From assembly GCA_964106915.2 (NCBI GenBank), contig OZ066923.1: DNA of 64,000 bases. One strand, written 5' to 3'. Origin of the DNA: Podarcis gaigeae. Taxonomy: Eukaryota. Shown here in pieces: positions 24,091-38,275 of the stretch (positions within the stretch are counted from its first letter, which is position 1; each line of letters opens with the position of its first letter). The translations under genes were made by a program, and so were the position numbers. The notes under the pieces are model-generated. The model did no database searches, was not told where the DNA came from, and saw only the letters and a program-made list of their open reading frames with translations.

Positions 24091-26330
24091 ATCCAGCCTA
24101 GATGGTCTCCTCCTATTCTTCTTTTGGACTAAAAGAAACCCCTCTGTAGGCCTGTGTTTAGAGCCTTGCCAAAAAGCTGTATATAACCCTGTTTAAGAAA
24201 CTGTTTTCAAGAAACCCTGTTTATAACGGAGCCTGAATCATTACTCCAGTTTCAACATACACCACGTGCTGTTAAACTGAAATGCACACTGTTCAGGACG
24301 ATCCTAGACTTCACTGAAGCCAACAAAAAGACTTCCATGTGATCTAAACAGGCAATTGTCTATTTTAATGCTAGTCAGTATTGTGTCCATATATTGTTCT
24401 TCAGCTTTCAGAGCAGCTTCCAAATATCAAAGAGGAAACAGTCCCTGCTCTATATCCATGCTGCATTTGTTTCTATTACAATTGAGGACCTATAGAAACA
24501 GAAGGCACACAAAGGTGTCTTGCACACAAGATGCCAGAAACCAATGTACCTAAGAAAAACGGCTAAGACATAGATAAGAATGATTGCATTAATCCAACTG
24601 CCTTTTGCTTAGATCTAGCCCAAGCTATCCTTTCTCCATTGCCACTAAACTCATTACACAGTTTGATTTACTTACCTCTCAAGACAGGTACACTTTATTT
24701 CCCCGATTACTAACCTTTGGCTGCTTTACAATAGTCTTACATTGCTTTACATCTCAATTAGCTGACTATACTATATTCAGTTATGTCTTGCTGACCAGCT
24801 TTACAGGTACTCTAAAAAATAGAATAACATTTGACTTGAGAGTAAGTGCCACTAATATACTTGGCTAAGATGAAACAATAAATAATCATAAACCATATGA
24901 ACCTAGCCAGAATCAATATACTTCAGAGGGCATATTGCTGGCAGATGCAATAGCTTGCATCGAAATCCTAACCATACCTAAGTAGAAGTAAATGCCATTG
25001 AATTCAATAGAGCATAATTCTAGGTAGATATGCTTAGCATTGTGCTGTTAAATGTTGATATTGTTTGAACACACAGTGACACGTGACACTTCTAACAGAG
25101 AGTCCACCAAAGACCTTTCAAATATTAGCTGTTAATTTTCTCTTTTTGAAAAAATGTTTGTATTATAGTAATCTTTAAATGTAAAAGAAAAAACCACACA
25201 CCGTTACAACTTGAGCAAGAAACTGAACCACAAGATCTACAGTGTTTTATTTCTTCCAAAATTTCTGCCTAGTCTGTTCATCAAAATGTCTATTAAATGC
25301 ATCAGTATATTCTAGCTATGTTACAAGAGGTCAGAGAAGGTTTATAGAACAAAATCTACAAAGAAGGGGGGTGGGGGAGAGAGGGAGATTAGAAAGTTGT
25401 CAGATATTGCTAAAGCCTCAGAGACTGTTTTATGGATGTCTCCCAAACTAACAGCTAATAGGCCATTTTCTTTAATAGCTTTTTTAATAGTTAGGGGTCT
25501 TCTCTGCGGCTGACCAGTTGGTTTGCCAGTGCTGTTGATTTTGCTAATCTTTCTCTGGGCACCGTAATAGCAAGGTTAATGTGTTTTTCTACCCTAGTAA
25601 AGCTCAATATTATTGATGTGCTTAGGAGTCAAACATCTAAAGTTATATTTGTTTTATGGGTATTTTCTTATAAATATTTTTATCCAATACTGTATTATGC
25701 AAACTGCTCAGAGATATCATTAAGTGGCCAATACATTTTGTTAAATAAATAAAAAATAAATAACATGTTTTAACAAATAGTTGAAGTGAATATTTTAACA
25801 CATGTAAAAAACAGGGGGAATGGAAGAATCAACACACCCTAAAATGCTATGAACCACTAATCACTTACTGTACGAGGTGTTTTAATGTGACCAAGGAGCT
25901 CGTTGACATGGAGGAACTTCCCCAGTCATTCAGCAAAAGAACCCAATAAATTTTATGCCCCACCAACCCTCACACTGTCTCCCCTAAGCTGGGTGAGCAA
26001 GGCACTGGGCTTTGGGAAGTAGGTGTGAGGCTCTGGCAGGGTCCTGGAGCCCTCTCACCTCCTTCCCAAAGCTTGGAAAGCACTAACTACGCTTTGGGAA
26101 GGAGGCAGAAGGACTCTAGGATCCCTTCAGAGGTCCACCCAAAGCCCAGTGACTCACTTATCCAGCTTTCAAAAGGTGGTATGAGGTCTACGGGGCAGCT
26201 GCATGTTGGTGTTAGCAGTTTCACTCCTCCGATGCTACAGATGAGATTGTTGTAAATCACATGCCTGTCTGGGACAACTCTGGGAAAGGAAGAAGTCTTA
26301 TCTCTTCTGCTGCGGGTACTATTACACCGT

Positions 26331-26688
26331 AAAGGTAAAGGGACCCCTGACCATTAGGTCCAGTCGTGACGGACTCTGGGGTTGCAGCGCTCATCTTTAT
26401 TGGCCGAGGGAGCCGGCGTTTGTCTACAGACAGCTTCCGGGTCATGTGGCCGGCATGACTAAGCCGCTTTTGGCAAACCAGAGCAGAACATGGAAACGCC
26501 GTTTACCTTCCCGCCGGAGTGGTACCTATTTATCTACTTGCACTTTGACGTGCTTTTGAACTGCTAGGTTGGCAGGAGCAGGGACCGAGCAACGGGAGCT
26601 CACCCCGTTGCAGGGATTCCAACCATCAACCTTCTGATTGGCAAAGTCCTAGGCTCTGTGGTTTAACCCACAGTGCCACCCGTGTCCC
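26331..26688 (-). mobile_element. Sauria SINE
   Basis: Reverse complement of the 4460 subfamily; flanked by TTACACCGT / TTACACTGT TSD. Confidence 0.92.
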
Positions 26689-29600
26689 TTTTACACTGTA
26701 CTTTCGCTTTTATTTATTTCTTTTTGTTCTCTCGGACCTGGAGAGAACAGATGTCATTATGCCTTTGTCTGTACATATTATGTAAATAAATAGTAGATGA
26801 GATCTATGATATCTCACTCTTCTTTCTGTGTTTTGCCAGAAGATTAGTGTGCATATACCAGCTGGTATATGTCGCTGAGTGCACTGGAGAAGGGAGGAAA
26901 ATGCCTTTTCCAGAGCTGCTTGTACCGAAGGACTCTCAGAGTTTCAGGGGCTTGCAGGCACCCCCAGAGCATTTTTCCAACAGTTGGGCCACCCTGGCAT
27001 AAAGGAACTTGGTGAACAGAACAGGTCCCTCTGATTAAATCAGTATGCAGAAGTCACTACTGTGTGCGTCAGTCAGTGCAAACATCAACCACTGGATCTA
27101 GTAGTCAAAGGTCACCGGTAGCTGTTGCTGGGTTCACTTGCACTACACATTTTCTCCCCAAAAGACTACATATTCAAGTAATGGAAAACATTGCAGAGTT
27201 CAGATGAAGTTTTACAGCACTTTAAAGACTGACAAATTCATTATAGTAAACTCATCTGTAGGAGTAGCCAATTTGGTGCTCTCCATAAGTAGTATATTTT
27301 GCTGCAAGAGACTAACATGGCTAGCTCGGTGCAAATCGTAAAGTTCAAGCTTTCCGAATGCAAAGTATAAAATTGAAAGTCTTGTCCACACCTTTCAGGT
27401 ACTGCAATCACCGGATTACAGAAGTTATTTGATGTAGTATAACCAGGCAAGGAGTGACAGGTCTTGGACTTATTATTGCTGGAAGCCTTCTCTGTGGTAA
27501 GGAGTCTGACCTGAGTACTGATGCTTAAGCTGTAAAGGCAGATCTCTTTAAAGTCTACATTATTCCTTAGCAATAAAAAGTGATAGTAGCTGGAGAAAGA
27601 CCCTTTCATCTGTTCCCACTGCAAATGCTGCCCCAAGCAGCAGTTTAAAGCCACCAAATTATAAGCAAGTCCTGCAACCATCTCAGAAAACTCAATCCGA
27701 AAGTAGGAATGTACAAACAAATTGGTTTTTTTGTTATTCCTGTTCGTCTCAGCAGAGGATGCTACATTCTTCAAATGGTGTTACGAAATCAGTAGAAGGA
27801 GCTGGAAATGTACAGTGAAAGTTGACCCACCTCCCCTCCTCCAGATTTAGAATTCACAGAGTACATTCATTAGATATCAGTGATCTGGACATATTTTGCT
27901 AAAATGAATAGAAATATTTGTCAACCATTCTAAGTGTTGCCCTTTTGAATTCTGCCTGGAAACTAGTTGACAGCCAATGCAGTCAGGCCAAGATTGATGC
28001 TACATGCTCAAACCATCTTTCCCCTTGTAAATTATGAGTAAAACCACATTCCTACTAATCAGGTCATAACAGCATCTTAAAACGCTATCTATATTTTAAA
28101 GGGAATACAGAATAAGATTATTTGGTGAAGTACATCTAATTCCTTGGTTGAAATGCATTTGATATCAGAGCTGACATGAAAGAATGATTATAGTATTATT
28201 ATGAGTAACTTTACAGCTTTAGGACTAAAGGAAATTCTTACTGGACCTTCCATTAAAAAAACACCCACACACTTTAAAAGCAGCTATGCCAACTCTGAAT
28301 TTGATCAGAGCTGTGGTACAGGGGAAGAAGGATATTAACTCTTTTCAGCCAGATTTCCCAGTTGAAATTACACACACATATATACTCAAAGCTGCCATTT
28401 AGCCCTGCTGCAGAAAAAATTACAGGTACCTGAATTGTGCCCATATTCTTTCTCCAGCAGAGCTAATAGCTGCTTCAGAGATGGACACAATTTATACTGG
28501 AAAAAGAGCCAAGGGGATAAAGGGTTACAATTCTCCCCTCCATCAGCACTGCTGCTCAGATCAAAATCAAAGTGCACATACCGTGTGCAGCTGCTTTGAA
28601 GTTTAATGTAAAACAACTTCAGAGGGGATTTTAATCAGATTGCCTATGCCATGTCTCTTCTGGCCATCAGGCACATCTAAAGGCATGCTTACCAACCAGC
28701 TGAAAAAATAAACAACAGAAACCCAACTCCATATCGCAGAGAACACAATATGTGGCAAGAAGAATAAGAGACCACGGAACACGTGTCAAAACTGATGTGT
28801 CATACAAGGAATGAATTTGCTTCCTTCTGGCATTCCAGAAATGCAAAGTTATTCCCAAATCTGATGCCTTTCCCACAGCAAATTAAAACTTGCATATATA
28901 TTTTTTTCCAGCTCTTTACAGATGACGCACATACAACAGCTCTGTTTATATCTTGCAGCAGCATATCCAGAAAATCCTGTTGATGCCCCCATGGCTCAAG
29001 GGAAGTCCTGAAAGCAAGAGCCAGAGTTTGGTTTTACCCCTTTGAAATTTGGCCTAAATTTGCATCTATATGCAGGTTAGTATATTCTGGCCAGAATCTT
29101 TTAAGGGCTTAGCAATGCCTCTGCTATTACAGAGTCAGCCTACACCTGAGAAGAATGAATACAAACAATCTGCAAAGGCAAGCGGTTATGAATTTAGCAA
29201 ACTTTGCCTAAAAATTTAAAGCAAAGAAGCACCATTGATACATAACTCCAACCTGCTTTTTGCTCAGAAAAAAAGAGTCAAAACCTAATGGGGAGGCCCT
29301 TCAGATACTGTTGTGACATGTGTCAACTTCATTTATTATCAGTATTGTAAAAGTGGGGAGGGGGAGCCTGGACAGGGTTTGCCAACAACACAAAGGCTTC
29401 GGAAGACACTAATTAAAGCAGAAGAGTAATGTGGTTAGGACTAGTCAAACAGGAATGCTGGAGGGATGAAAAGATTGTGGAACTAAAAGTAATAATTCCA
29501 GCTCTCCAAGGGCAGTTGTCATCTCTGAAAATCATTTTCACAGGATGAGTGGTAGTAGATCAAGTGTGAGAGTCTGGACAAGATACGTCTTCGCCTTGTA

Positions 29601-30639
29601 AGTGTGGCTTCATGGATATATATTTGATTAATTTAATGCCACTAATTAAAATTTGCTCTTGACACTTGATAAAAAACAGAGTAAAGTGTGCACCAGAGAG
29701 AAATGAATAAAGAGACCCATGGTAATTATAGTGAGGGACTCCAAAAGGTCATTTTGTCGTCTATCCTGGTCCCAAAGCCCATGTTCTCTCAAGCCCTTTA
29801 TTGCACTTTGATTTCAAAACCAGCTACAACAGAGATGAAAACCCTGCAGTGTCTCATCGGGCTCCCAACTCTCCTCTGCCACAACCATTATGACCAGTGG
29901 TCAGTGATAATGGAAGCTGTAACTTTTGCTGGGCCACAGGCTTCCACATCCTTGTACCACAGCAAGCAACCCACTGCTGTAACTACTGAACTAAAATAGC
30001 AAATGCAGGGAGTTTTAAAATTGTCGAATGGCTCTGTCACTACTAGAACACATGGAATGGATTTCTAAATATTACAAGCAGGGATCGGTAATGCTCTCCC
30101 AGTGTTCTGCTTATGACCATGCCTAGCCAATGATTCCTCACCTTCTACTTCTGGTTTCAGTAAGTACTCTGCCTGAATACGCTGCCTCTTGCTAATGAAA
30201 AGGATTCTGGGCCTCTGCTCCAATTCCTGCACTTAAATCTCAGTTCACCAACTTGCAGTCATTAGAGAAATGCCGGGGGCGGGGATTCCCTCAAATTTCT
30301 GACGAATAGCTTTTTTTTAAAAAAAAATGATTTCAGTGTGAAACACTAGGCTGAGGCTAAAGCAACTTGGGTGCTTGTAACACCAAGGAACACCATTATC
30401 TGAGCAGAAGGAGCTGATTGCCTGCAATTACCATTGTTATTTCTGCCCCAAATGTTATCAGTGCTTAAGGGAAGAACAGAAGCACAGCCCTGAAGAGCAT
30501 AGGGATAGAAAATTTCAGGACAAAAAACAGAGGCCAGGGGCATCACATATTTCTTCCATGTTTCATTTCCATGCCCTTTCCATTACAACCTCTTTCTTTT
30601 CAACAAACGGCTCTTACCCTTACCAAGGGGTATATGGGG

Positions 30640-30960
30640 TGTCAAGGGAGAAGGAGTACCTCTGGTGCGGGACAGGTCATGCTACTTCTGAGATAGTTTG
30701 TCCACCTTCGGTCCCCACCCTGCACGCAGTACTCTCTTATGGCTCCTAGAAGCTGTCAGCAAGCAACAGCGTACAACAGCAGGCACACCCCAGAAATGGC
30801 TTTGATTGGCCAGCTAAACCAGGTGTGGGTAGCCGATGGGTCTCGAACCCATCAGTGTGTTAGGGACTTTCTCTGCATGTGAAGACACGCTCTAGAAGAT
30901 TGAACATACAAGACCAATAGTGGGTCCAACAGTGATTTCTGCATAGGCTGCCCAGACTTG
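30640..30960 (+). mobile_element. Interspersed repeat fragment (RTE-clade 5'-region-like)
   Basis: Clear similarity to 57850-58126; family assignment tentative. Confidence 0.55.
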
Positions 30961-31565
30961 CACCCTGGGGATGCTACTTTGGTGCTGCTAACACAGTGGT
31001 TTAACTCCAGCCACAGAGGCACACTCCATTGTCTCTCAAGACAGCAATAACAATGCTTAACAATTATCTCAATAATATGCTTTGCGCTAAAAGCTAATTT
31101 TAAGAGCATTTCAACTACAGATTTACTTTATTCTCTTTCTTTTGCACCCAATTTGATTATGAAATAATCTAAAATAAGCCAATCTATGTTCCTTTTCCTT
31201 TTCCCATCAATCATCAGAGCTTTCTTTTTCTTTCAAACAACTTAGTGTGCCTTGCAGATAGTTCCCAGATAGTCCCTAAACTAACACTTATCTTTACCAG
31301 TACAACTGTGTCAAGTGCCTAACTGTCTCTTAATTGGTTTTCTCCAGCCCAAGGCTTCTTAACTAGAATTCAAGCACAATGCGTTAGACCTAGTAAGATG
31401 GAAGAATATCCATCAGGGGATGTTGCTACACAGCAAAAAATAAAGAAATTACACTCTGGAGAAAATCACATGAGTGGGTCATCCGCCAATATATATCAGG
31501 TATTTTGGATGAAGTAATTTATTAAAACTAACTATAATAATGAAAATTAGAAAACCCAAATTGAG

Positions 31566-31650
31566 GCAATATTTTTACTAGACCAACAAAAATGGCACAA
31601 AATAGTGCGCAAGATTTCAGAGCTGCCCAGAACTCTTCACCAGGCCAATG
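31566..31650 (-). mobile_element. Penelope-like element terminal remnant with degenerate minimal hammerhead motif
   Basis: Minus strand CTGGTGA-AGAGTTCTGGGCAGCTC-TGAAATCTTG...TTGTTGGTCTAGTAAAAATATT resembles the PLE CTGATGA-stem-CGAAAGCTT...AATAAA end. Confidence 0.55.
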
Positions 31651-31889
31651 TTTGTGGGAAGATAGGGGGAAGGAGGGTTACTGTTTTGCTTGTGTTTTTA
31701 TTATATATATATTGTGTTTTTATCTTGTCAGATCTATGGATGAAGGGTGGTATACAAATTTAATAAATAAATAAAATATAAGATAAGATAGATAAGAGAA
31801 GACAAGATGATAAAGAAAAGGGGGGAGGGAAGTGGCATGTGCTAAGGCCACCTTTCTGCATCTTGTAAGAGTCTTGCTGCTCCTTGCTA

Positions 31890-31913
31890 CTGCTGCTGCT
31901 GCTGCTGCTGCTG
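31890..31913. repeat. (CTG)n microsatellite
   Basis: About 8 units. Confidence 0.9.
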
Positions 31914-32253
31914 TGCTACCAGCACATTTACCATTACATCTCACCATTACATCTGAACATGGGCAAGTGGTTTGTTTCCCCAATACAAAATCTGAGTGGC
32001 AAACCTGGTTCAGATATAACATCTGGTAGTGCAGAAGCAGCTGTGCACTTTGCTTCAGGAACCTATCCATTTCCTCATTTATGCTAAGCCACGCTGTGGC
32101 TTAATGTTGCATGCAAAGTGGGTCATAATCTGCTTTATGTGCAGGTATAGAAGAGCAGCATAAAAGGTGGCAAACAGGTACTTCTAGAATGCAGCATATC
32201 TGCTGGTCCACAAGGACCTTGCTCCCCAAGATCCTTCAGCCAACCAACACCTG

Positions 32254-32845
32254 TGTGATGGCCTGGGAATCTGATTCAGAATCTGAACCTGAGGAATCCC
32301 AGCCTTCACAGGAGTCCCCGCCTCCAGGGCCGGCTGAGCTGAGGCAGGGGCTTGAATCTGAAGGGCCTGCACCTGTGCCGGATCCTCAGGAGCAGACACC
32401 AGATGTACCCACTCTGGCTCCAGAGGTGATTGAGGACCCATTGCCTCTCCCAGCCCTGTCAGGGGAAGGGGAAGCTGCCCCTGGGTCCAGTAACCCTCCA
32501 GCCTCTCCTGAACTGCAGAGGCTCAGGGCAGAGAGGCGGAGGGAACTAGGATCTCTCAGGAGGAGTGCTCGCTTTAAGGCCAGCAAAGGCGGGTCACCTG
32601 TGGGCCGGGACCACCCCTGGCCTCAGAGAAGATAAAGGCCAGTAAGCCCAGCCCCAGGTTGCGGAAGCAACGACGTTGGAAACCTGTTTCTGCCAGCACC
32701 CAGACCTGTTTTTCCAGAGTTCCCGACCACGCCCGGCTTCTTGCTTTAGACCCCGCTTCCCCCTTGGTGGACAGTCTCCAGACCCTCGGCCCAGGACCGG
32801 ACTCTGACCATGCCTCACGGTAACCCCCCCCCCAGGACCAGCACA
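32254..32845 (+). mobile_element. Solo LTR (592 bp, probably Ty3/gypsy) containing a 125-aa ORF
   Basis: TGTG...CACA termini; 5-bp TSD ACCTG (32249-32253, 32846-32850); ORF 32258-32635. Confidence 0.82.
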
Positions 32846-33201
32846 ACCTGTCTTTGTGCCTTTGTCTCTTCAAATCTCCCAGGTGCTGTTTCAAGCAATA
32901 TGACAAGCCCACCATCTCAGAACCCACCACTACAGGTGAATTGTCCATTTAGGAAACATCCCTACCCTTTACAGAACATCAGTGTTATTTTGTGTGAAGT
33001 CTTCAACTCCAGTCCAGAGTCATTTAAGGCAACACCATGGTGACTGACCCATTCACAGTTATACTTTCACTGAAAAAGGAGAACAGCTGGCCAAAATAAA
33101 AGTGTTTTTCATTTTCCACTGTAACCTCTGAGATGAATTGTTTCTACTTCATAAAATCACAGTTATAAGCACTGCACAAACTTTTTGAGCTTGGCCATTT
33201 C

Positions 33202-33202
33202 A

Positions 33203-33261
<59 letters not shown>
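33202..33261. repeat. (AAAG)n microsatellite
   Basis: Seen directly. Confidence 0.95.
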
Positions 33262-33262
<1 letters not shown>

Positions 33263-33723
33263 GCCATCATCTTCTGCCTGAAGTAATCAATCAGTAGATG
33301 CCATGCAGCCACCATTTTAGAACAAAAAGCAATTCTAGACTTTAGTCCATAGTATAAAGAGCCCCCAAATACATGTTTTTTTTTAAACAAATCTTCAGAC
33401 ATTACTAAAGAGGGCAACCGATAGTGTTTGTATTATGGTAGCTGGAGCTCAAAGAAGCTCATCTGCATGCATAAAGTACTTCATTATGTGCATGGGATAT
33501 ATGTGGCCTATTTTTCTTTCCATCATCAGCTGCTTTTGCCTCATGCTGTGATGCTCCACAGGTCATCTCTGTCCTTCAGGGGATATTGGGGGCAGCACTC
33601 AAAAGCCATCAGATGGGGAAGCTGAAAGCTCTTGTTTGAAGCTCACTAGATTATGTCTAGCAATTCAAACAAAAAAGATAATAACAGATTTATCATGTCA
33701 TACGTATGAAAATTTATCAGCCA

Positions 33724-33725
<2 letters not shown>

Positions 33726-33762
<37 letters not shown>
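33726..33762. repeat. (TG)n microsatellite
   Basis: Seen directly. Confidence 0.95.
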
Positions 33763-33764
<2 letters not shown>

Positions 33765-36700
33765 CTTGGGACAGAGGTTGTAAACAGTCAGGTTAAAAGA
33801 ATTAAATAACAAAGGTAGAAAAGTACAGACAGCAATTACTTAACAGTGGCCATTCACAAAAAACCATTCAGTTCACAAATGATTGCACTGAACCTCTTGA
33901 TGAATTGTAATTACTGGTAATAGCTTCATGGTGCACTCTCCCTTTTAAGTTCAGTTGTTCTAGTATGGCCACACTTCAGGCATCTGACTACACCTGGTGT
34001 GACTTGGGCTGACGTGCCGATTTTGGGTGAACGCTGGACTGCAGGGCCTGCATGGGTGGGTTAGATGCTCATCTAGCAAGGAAGGTGCATTTCCTCCCCA
34101 TTCTTAGTTGGGGTGTCACAGCCGGAGACTACATTACATCCCAAGGGGTCTGGGGGGGGGGAGAGATGCTTTCCCTACAGAATTACTTAAAATCCTTGTC
34201 TTCCCATACTACCTGGATTTGGATAATTGGTTCTGCATTTTCTCCAATTCATATTTTAATGAATGTAGCCACCTTTCCATTTCTTGTCTCATCCTGGGTC
34301 TGGCCAGCAGCCAACAAAAATAACGTGAATTGATAATATACAAAACAAAGAATAATAGTGAAAATGTACACAGCTGCCAGATTATTAACTAGAAGTATTT
34401 TATCATTAATATATGGTATGTGGCTTGGGTCAAAAATAATATTCAGTTGCAATTTTATGCATTATTTAGTGAGTGATCAGCCATTGGGTATGAACTCCAA
34501 AAATGAGTTGCCAACAGGTGGCTCATTGCGCAACATAAACCTACACTTTGCACATCCAATTCAAAATACAGTACTATCTCAGAAGCAACCTGTGATTTTC
34601 TGGAAACTAATAATAATTATAGTATACAAAAAAAGAAAACCCATTTTTAAAATGAATGAAGCAAATATTGTTTCAGGAGAGGTACACTTGATATATCGTG
34701 GAATTTATAAACAACTTTGCCAGTTATTAAAAGAAGAACTTTGCAAGGAAGCTCACTGCAGAAAAATAGAAGAAAATGACACAGCATTTCTATTCACAGG
34801 AGTAAATTTAGGTTGTGCTACCTTACTGAGGGTAAGATAATGCAATGTCATTTGTGTTGTGTTGTGTTACTGCAGTCAAGGAAAAATTATGTCAGTGGGT
34901 TATATAGTTTCAAACAAACCAGCTCCCAAAGCTGTCAATATGGCATATTATACTTCAGTAATAGATACCAAGTTTCTTATCATTAGAGAAACAACTACAA
35001 GAGGAAGCATCTGCTGTTACATGCTGCTGATCTCCCATAGACAGAACACATGGATGAAATATGCAAAGATTTGCTACATAAGCAATCCAGCTGCTGAACA
35101 AAGAAATATGAAGCCTTATAGTTGAACTCAGCATATCCCATTTACAAATTTTGCTTCCCATTTTCCAACGTACAGTTATGTTTGCTGAAATCAAATTTGG
35201 AAACACGATACACTGAGATTTGATCACAACCCAGTATATTTAGGCATGCTGTAAAAGTGCTGAATAGTCAATTTTACTTTTTCATTGTAACTTAGATTAC
35301 ACAGAGAGACAAAAATCAAACTGGTTACAATTGCTTATTATCGATCCATAGTTTTCATTCTAACCTTGGATTCGCTCTATCACAGCAAATCATATACTGT
35401 CAGTATCAGTTATGCTGAAAGTCAAAAGGTAGGCAATTGTTTCTAATAAAGAAAGATCCCACATTTAAAATTCTCTACTGGGGATCACAGGTCAGAACTA
35501 TAGATTACAAATAATGTGGGGTTGGTGCCAAATACAGACCCCCATCTCCAATACCAACGCTCTGACCTCTGTAACATATGACTAATTCAAGTTACTCCAA
35601 GTTCTTACATAATTATGTGGATTTCACTGCTCCTACTGCTCCCCGTAGTAGTCAGCTATATCTTGTAGAGGTTGGGATATTCAGAACCATCACTTATGGA
35701 TGGACTCGTCATGCAACACACTGGGAAAATAAGATTTAGAACACGTAGGCTGTTTTTAGACATAACAATACACTATTGCTTAGAATTAGAAAAATGAGTC
35801 CCATGGTCAGGAAGTGGCCTTCAGAAGTTTTTCTTTTCAGTTTTGTTGTAGCTCAAGCTTATTATAGAGTTTAATCTAGGAACTGTGATTTACCAATAGC
35901 TATGATCAGTTTCAAATAAGCCAATTTCAAAGCATGGTTTATGATTATGATTATTTATTGAATTTATATACCGCCCTATACACGGAGATCTCAAGGCAGT
36001 TTCTGACATGTATGAGCTAACTATTGTTAGTAATAAACCATGATCCTCAGATTGGACACAACAAGAACCAAGATTCAGGGAAACTGAAAATCAATGCTAC
36101 TGAGGTCCTCCTTCTGGCCCTGCTTTTTTTTTGAGGGGGGGGTGTTGTGAGGCTTACTGTAGCTCATTCACACAGTGAGAAGCCATGGTTTACGGTTGCA
36201 TCCAAATACAGCTAATATACTATTGGAAGGCTTTTCCCTCTTAACATTTATAAAGTTCCTACAGAGGGCACTTCTCTATAGATATTCATACAAAACCTGT
36301 ATGGATTTACTATGCAATGACAGCACATACACATTTTGTTGCTGTTCTAGATACACATGACAGGAAGCTGCATCCAACCATACATAGCCAGAGTGAAAAA
36401 ATCACTTTTGCAACTGTCATTTGTTTACCGGTTACACATTAATTCCCGTACACGACACATTTATGGATAAGAATAGCATGAAGCAGGGGAAAAACAACAG
36501 CCCAAAAAACCATAATTTGTTTAGATCTAGAGAGGCTAAGAGAATAAATTTTCACAAGGACAGCAACTTTTTTGCTTTCACATTAATCCACATTTTTAAT
36601 TTTCGTTAACTTCTACTTACATTTGTAATGTATATACCCTTCTTTTCTTATTTTTTTCTCTGAGGTGATTAAGGGCACATGACTGAGTGCCAAAAATCAC

Positions 36701-36851
36701 ACATTCCAGCATATCACAAATCCTAAGTCAACATTATGAGGTGTGTATTTCTCAGCACAGGACTACAGTCATGGTCATTTGTTTTATGAACTTTAGCAGT
36801 TGTGTTTCACAGAAGAATTATGTAAATTACACTATTACCATGACTAATTAC

Positions 36852-36882
<31 letters not shown>

Positions 36883-37277
36883 TGTGTGTGTACATGCATG
36901 TACATTGCAATCCATTGTGCCACAGGGCAGACCTTGGGAACATGAGATCAACATAGGTAACTATTTCAGCATTATGGTCTAGAAAACTTATGAAATACAG
37001 TATAGTACTTCTTCTTCTTGATATGATTGTCCATTAAAACAGGAGCATTTCTTTAGGCCATGGCTGAACATTTAGGAAAAGTGCACATGAAAAAACTGGC
37101 GAAGAATGGCCATGTGAACTGACTTAAGTCATCAAGTAAAGTAGTTAGCATGATAGCATACTTTTAGGTAGGTCGACTGTTTGATCTTTCATTAAATTTG
37201 TATTCTTATATTATATTATAATTATTATTAAATATATATTTATTGTAGTATTCCAAATCAAGTCGCAATGATATGCA

Positions 37278-37411
37278 ATCAGTTGGCTAGAACATGGTGC
37301 TGATAATGCCAAGGTTGCAAGTTCGAACCCTGTAAGAGACAGCTACATATTCCTGCATTGCCGGGCAGGGGGTTGTTGGTCAGGGTCCCTTCCAACTCAA
37401 TGATTCTATGA
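37278..37411 (+). mobile_element. tRNA-derived SINE with CR1-type 3' tail
   Basis: CAGTTGGCTAGAAC...GTTCGAACCC head and GGTCCCTTCCAACTC...GATTCTATGA tail. Confidence 0.65.
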
Positions 37412-37884
37412 AATTAAGCACACACTTATATGTAGAGACAGCAGACGCACTTAAAATGTTTCCCCCTCATTGTGTGCCAATAAGTATTTTAGTAGAGACA
37501 TGTGAAATTGTGTTAGAATTTAGACCCCCCCATTACATATCCACAAAGTAATGTGGCAATTATGCAATGTAGCGTATAAGAATCTTGATTCCTGAAACCT
37601 AAAGAACTTTGAAGGTCCTTTTTATACTTAACTGAATCATTTTATTGGAAAGTTGTGACCTACAGTGACTATAGTATGGCATTCAATATAGCTATGAGAA
37701 CCCCTATTAAAGCAATTTCCATCACTGGGTGTCACTTCTGTCCTTTAATGTAAACAGGATGAACAGCGTACTCACGACTGTACAAATTATTTGGAACTGT
37801 TTTTGTTATTCACTTTAATGTTTCCTTTTATTTATATCACAAAATTCTAACACCTCTGAAATCCTTCCAGGGAATTAAGTCACC

Positions 37885-38275
37885 ACTCTCAAGTTCAAAA
37901 AATGTTCAGAGAAGGGCAGCCAAGGATGTGGAAAAACTCCCCTATGAGGAAAGGTTTCCTTCCAAGTGTGTAACATGATGTCTGGTGTAGGGAGAGGCAT
38001 ATCTTCTCCCCCTTCTCTTGTAACCCAGGGTTGCCCAGTGAAGATGAATGGTGGGAAATTAAGGCTAGATAAAACATGGAGCCTTGGTATTTGGTAATAG
38101 TGATGTCTACTTACTTGGGCTGGTTTAAAAGAGGTTTGTGTGTTTTCATGAAAATTAAGGCCCTCAATGACTACTGGTCATATTAGCTACAGTATATAAC
38201 CTTCCAGTATCAGAGACTGTATGTCTCTGAATACCAGCCACTGGAAACCACAAGCAGAAGGGTGGCATTGCATCC
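37885..38275 (+). mobile_element. Old CR1 LINE 3' fragment
   Basis: Degenerate VQRRA..LPYEER-like end of ORF2 followed by CR1-like 3' UTR. Confidence 0.55.

Noticed and set aside
27241-27774. 177-aa ORF (also 34358-34840, 160 aa)
   Set aside because: No recognisable domain, codon pattern or convincing splice context; consistent with chance
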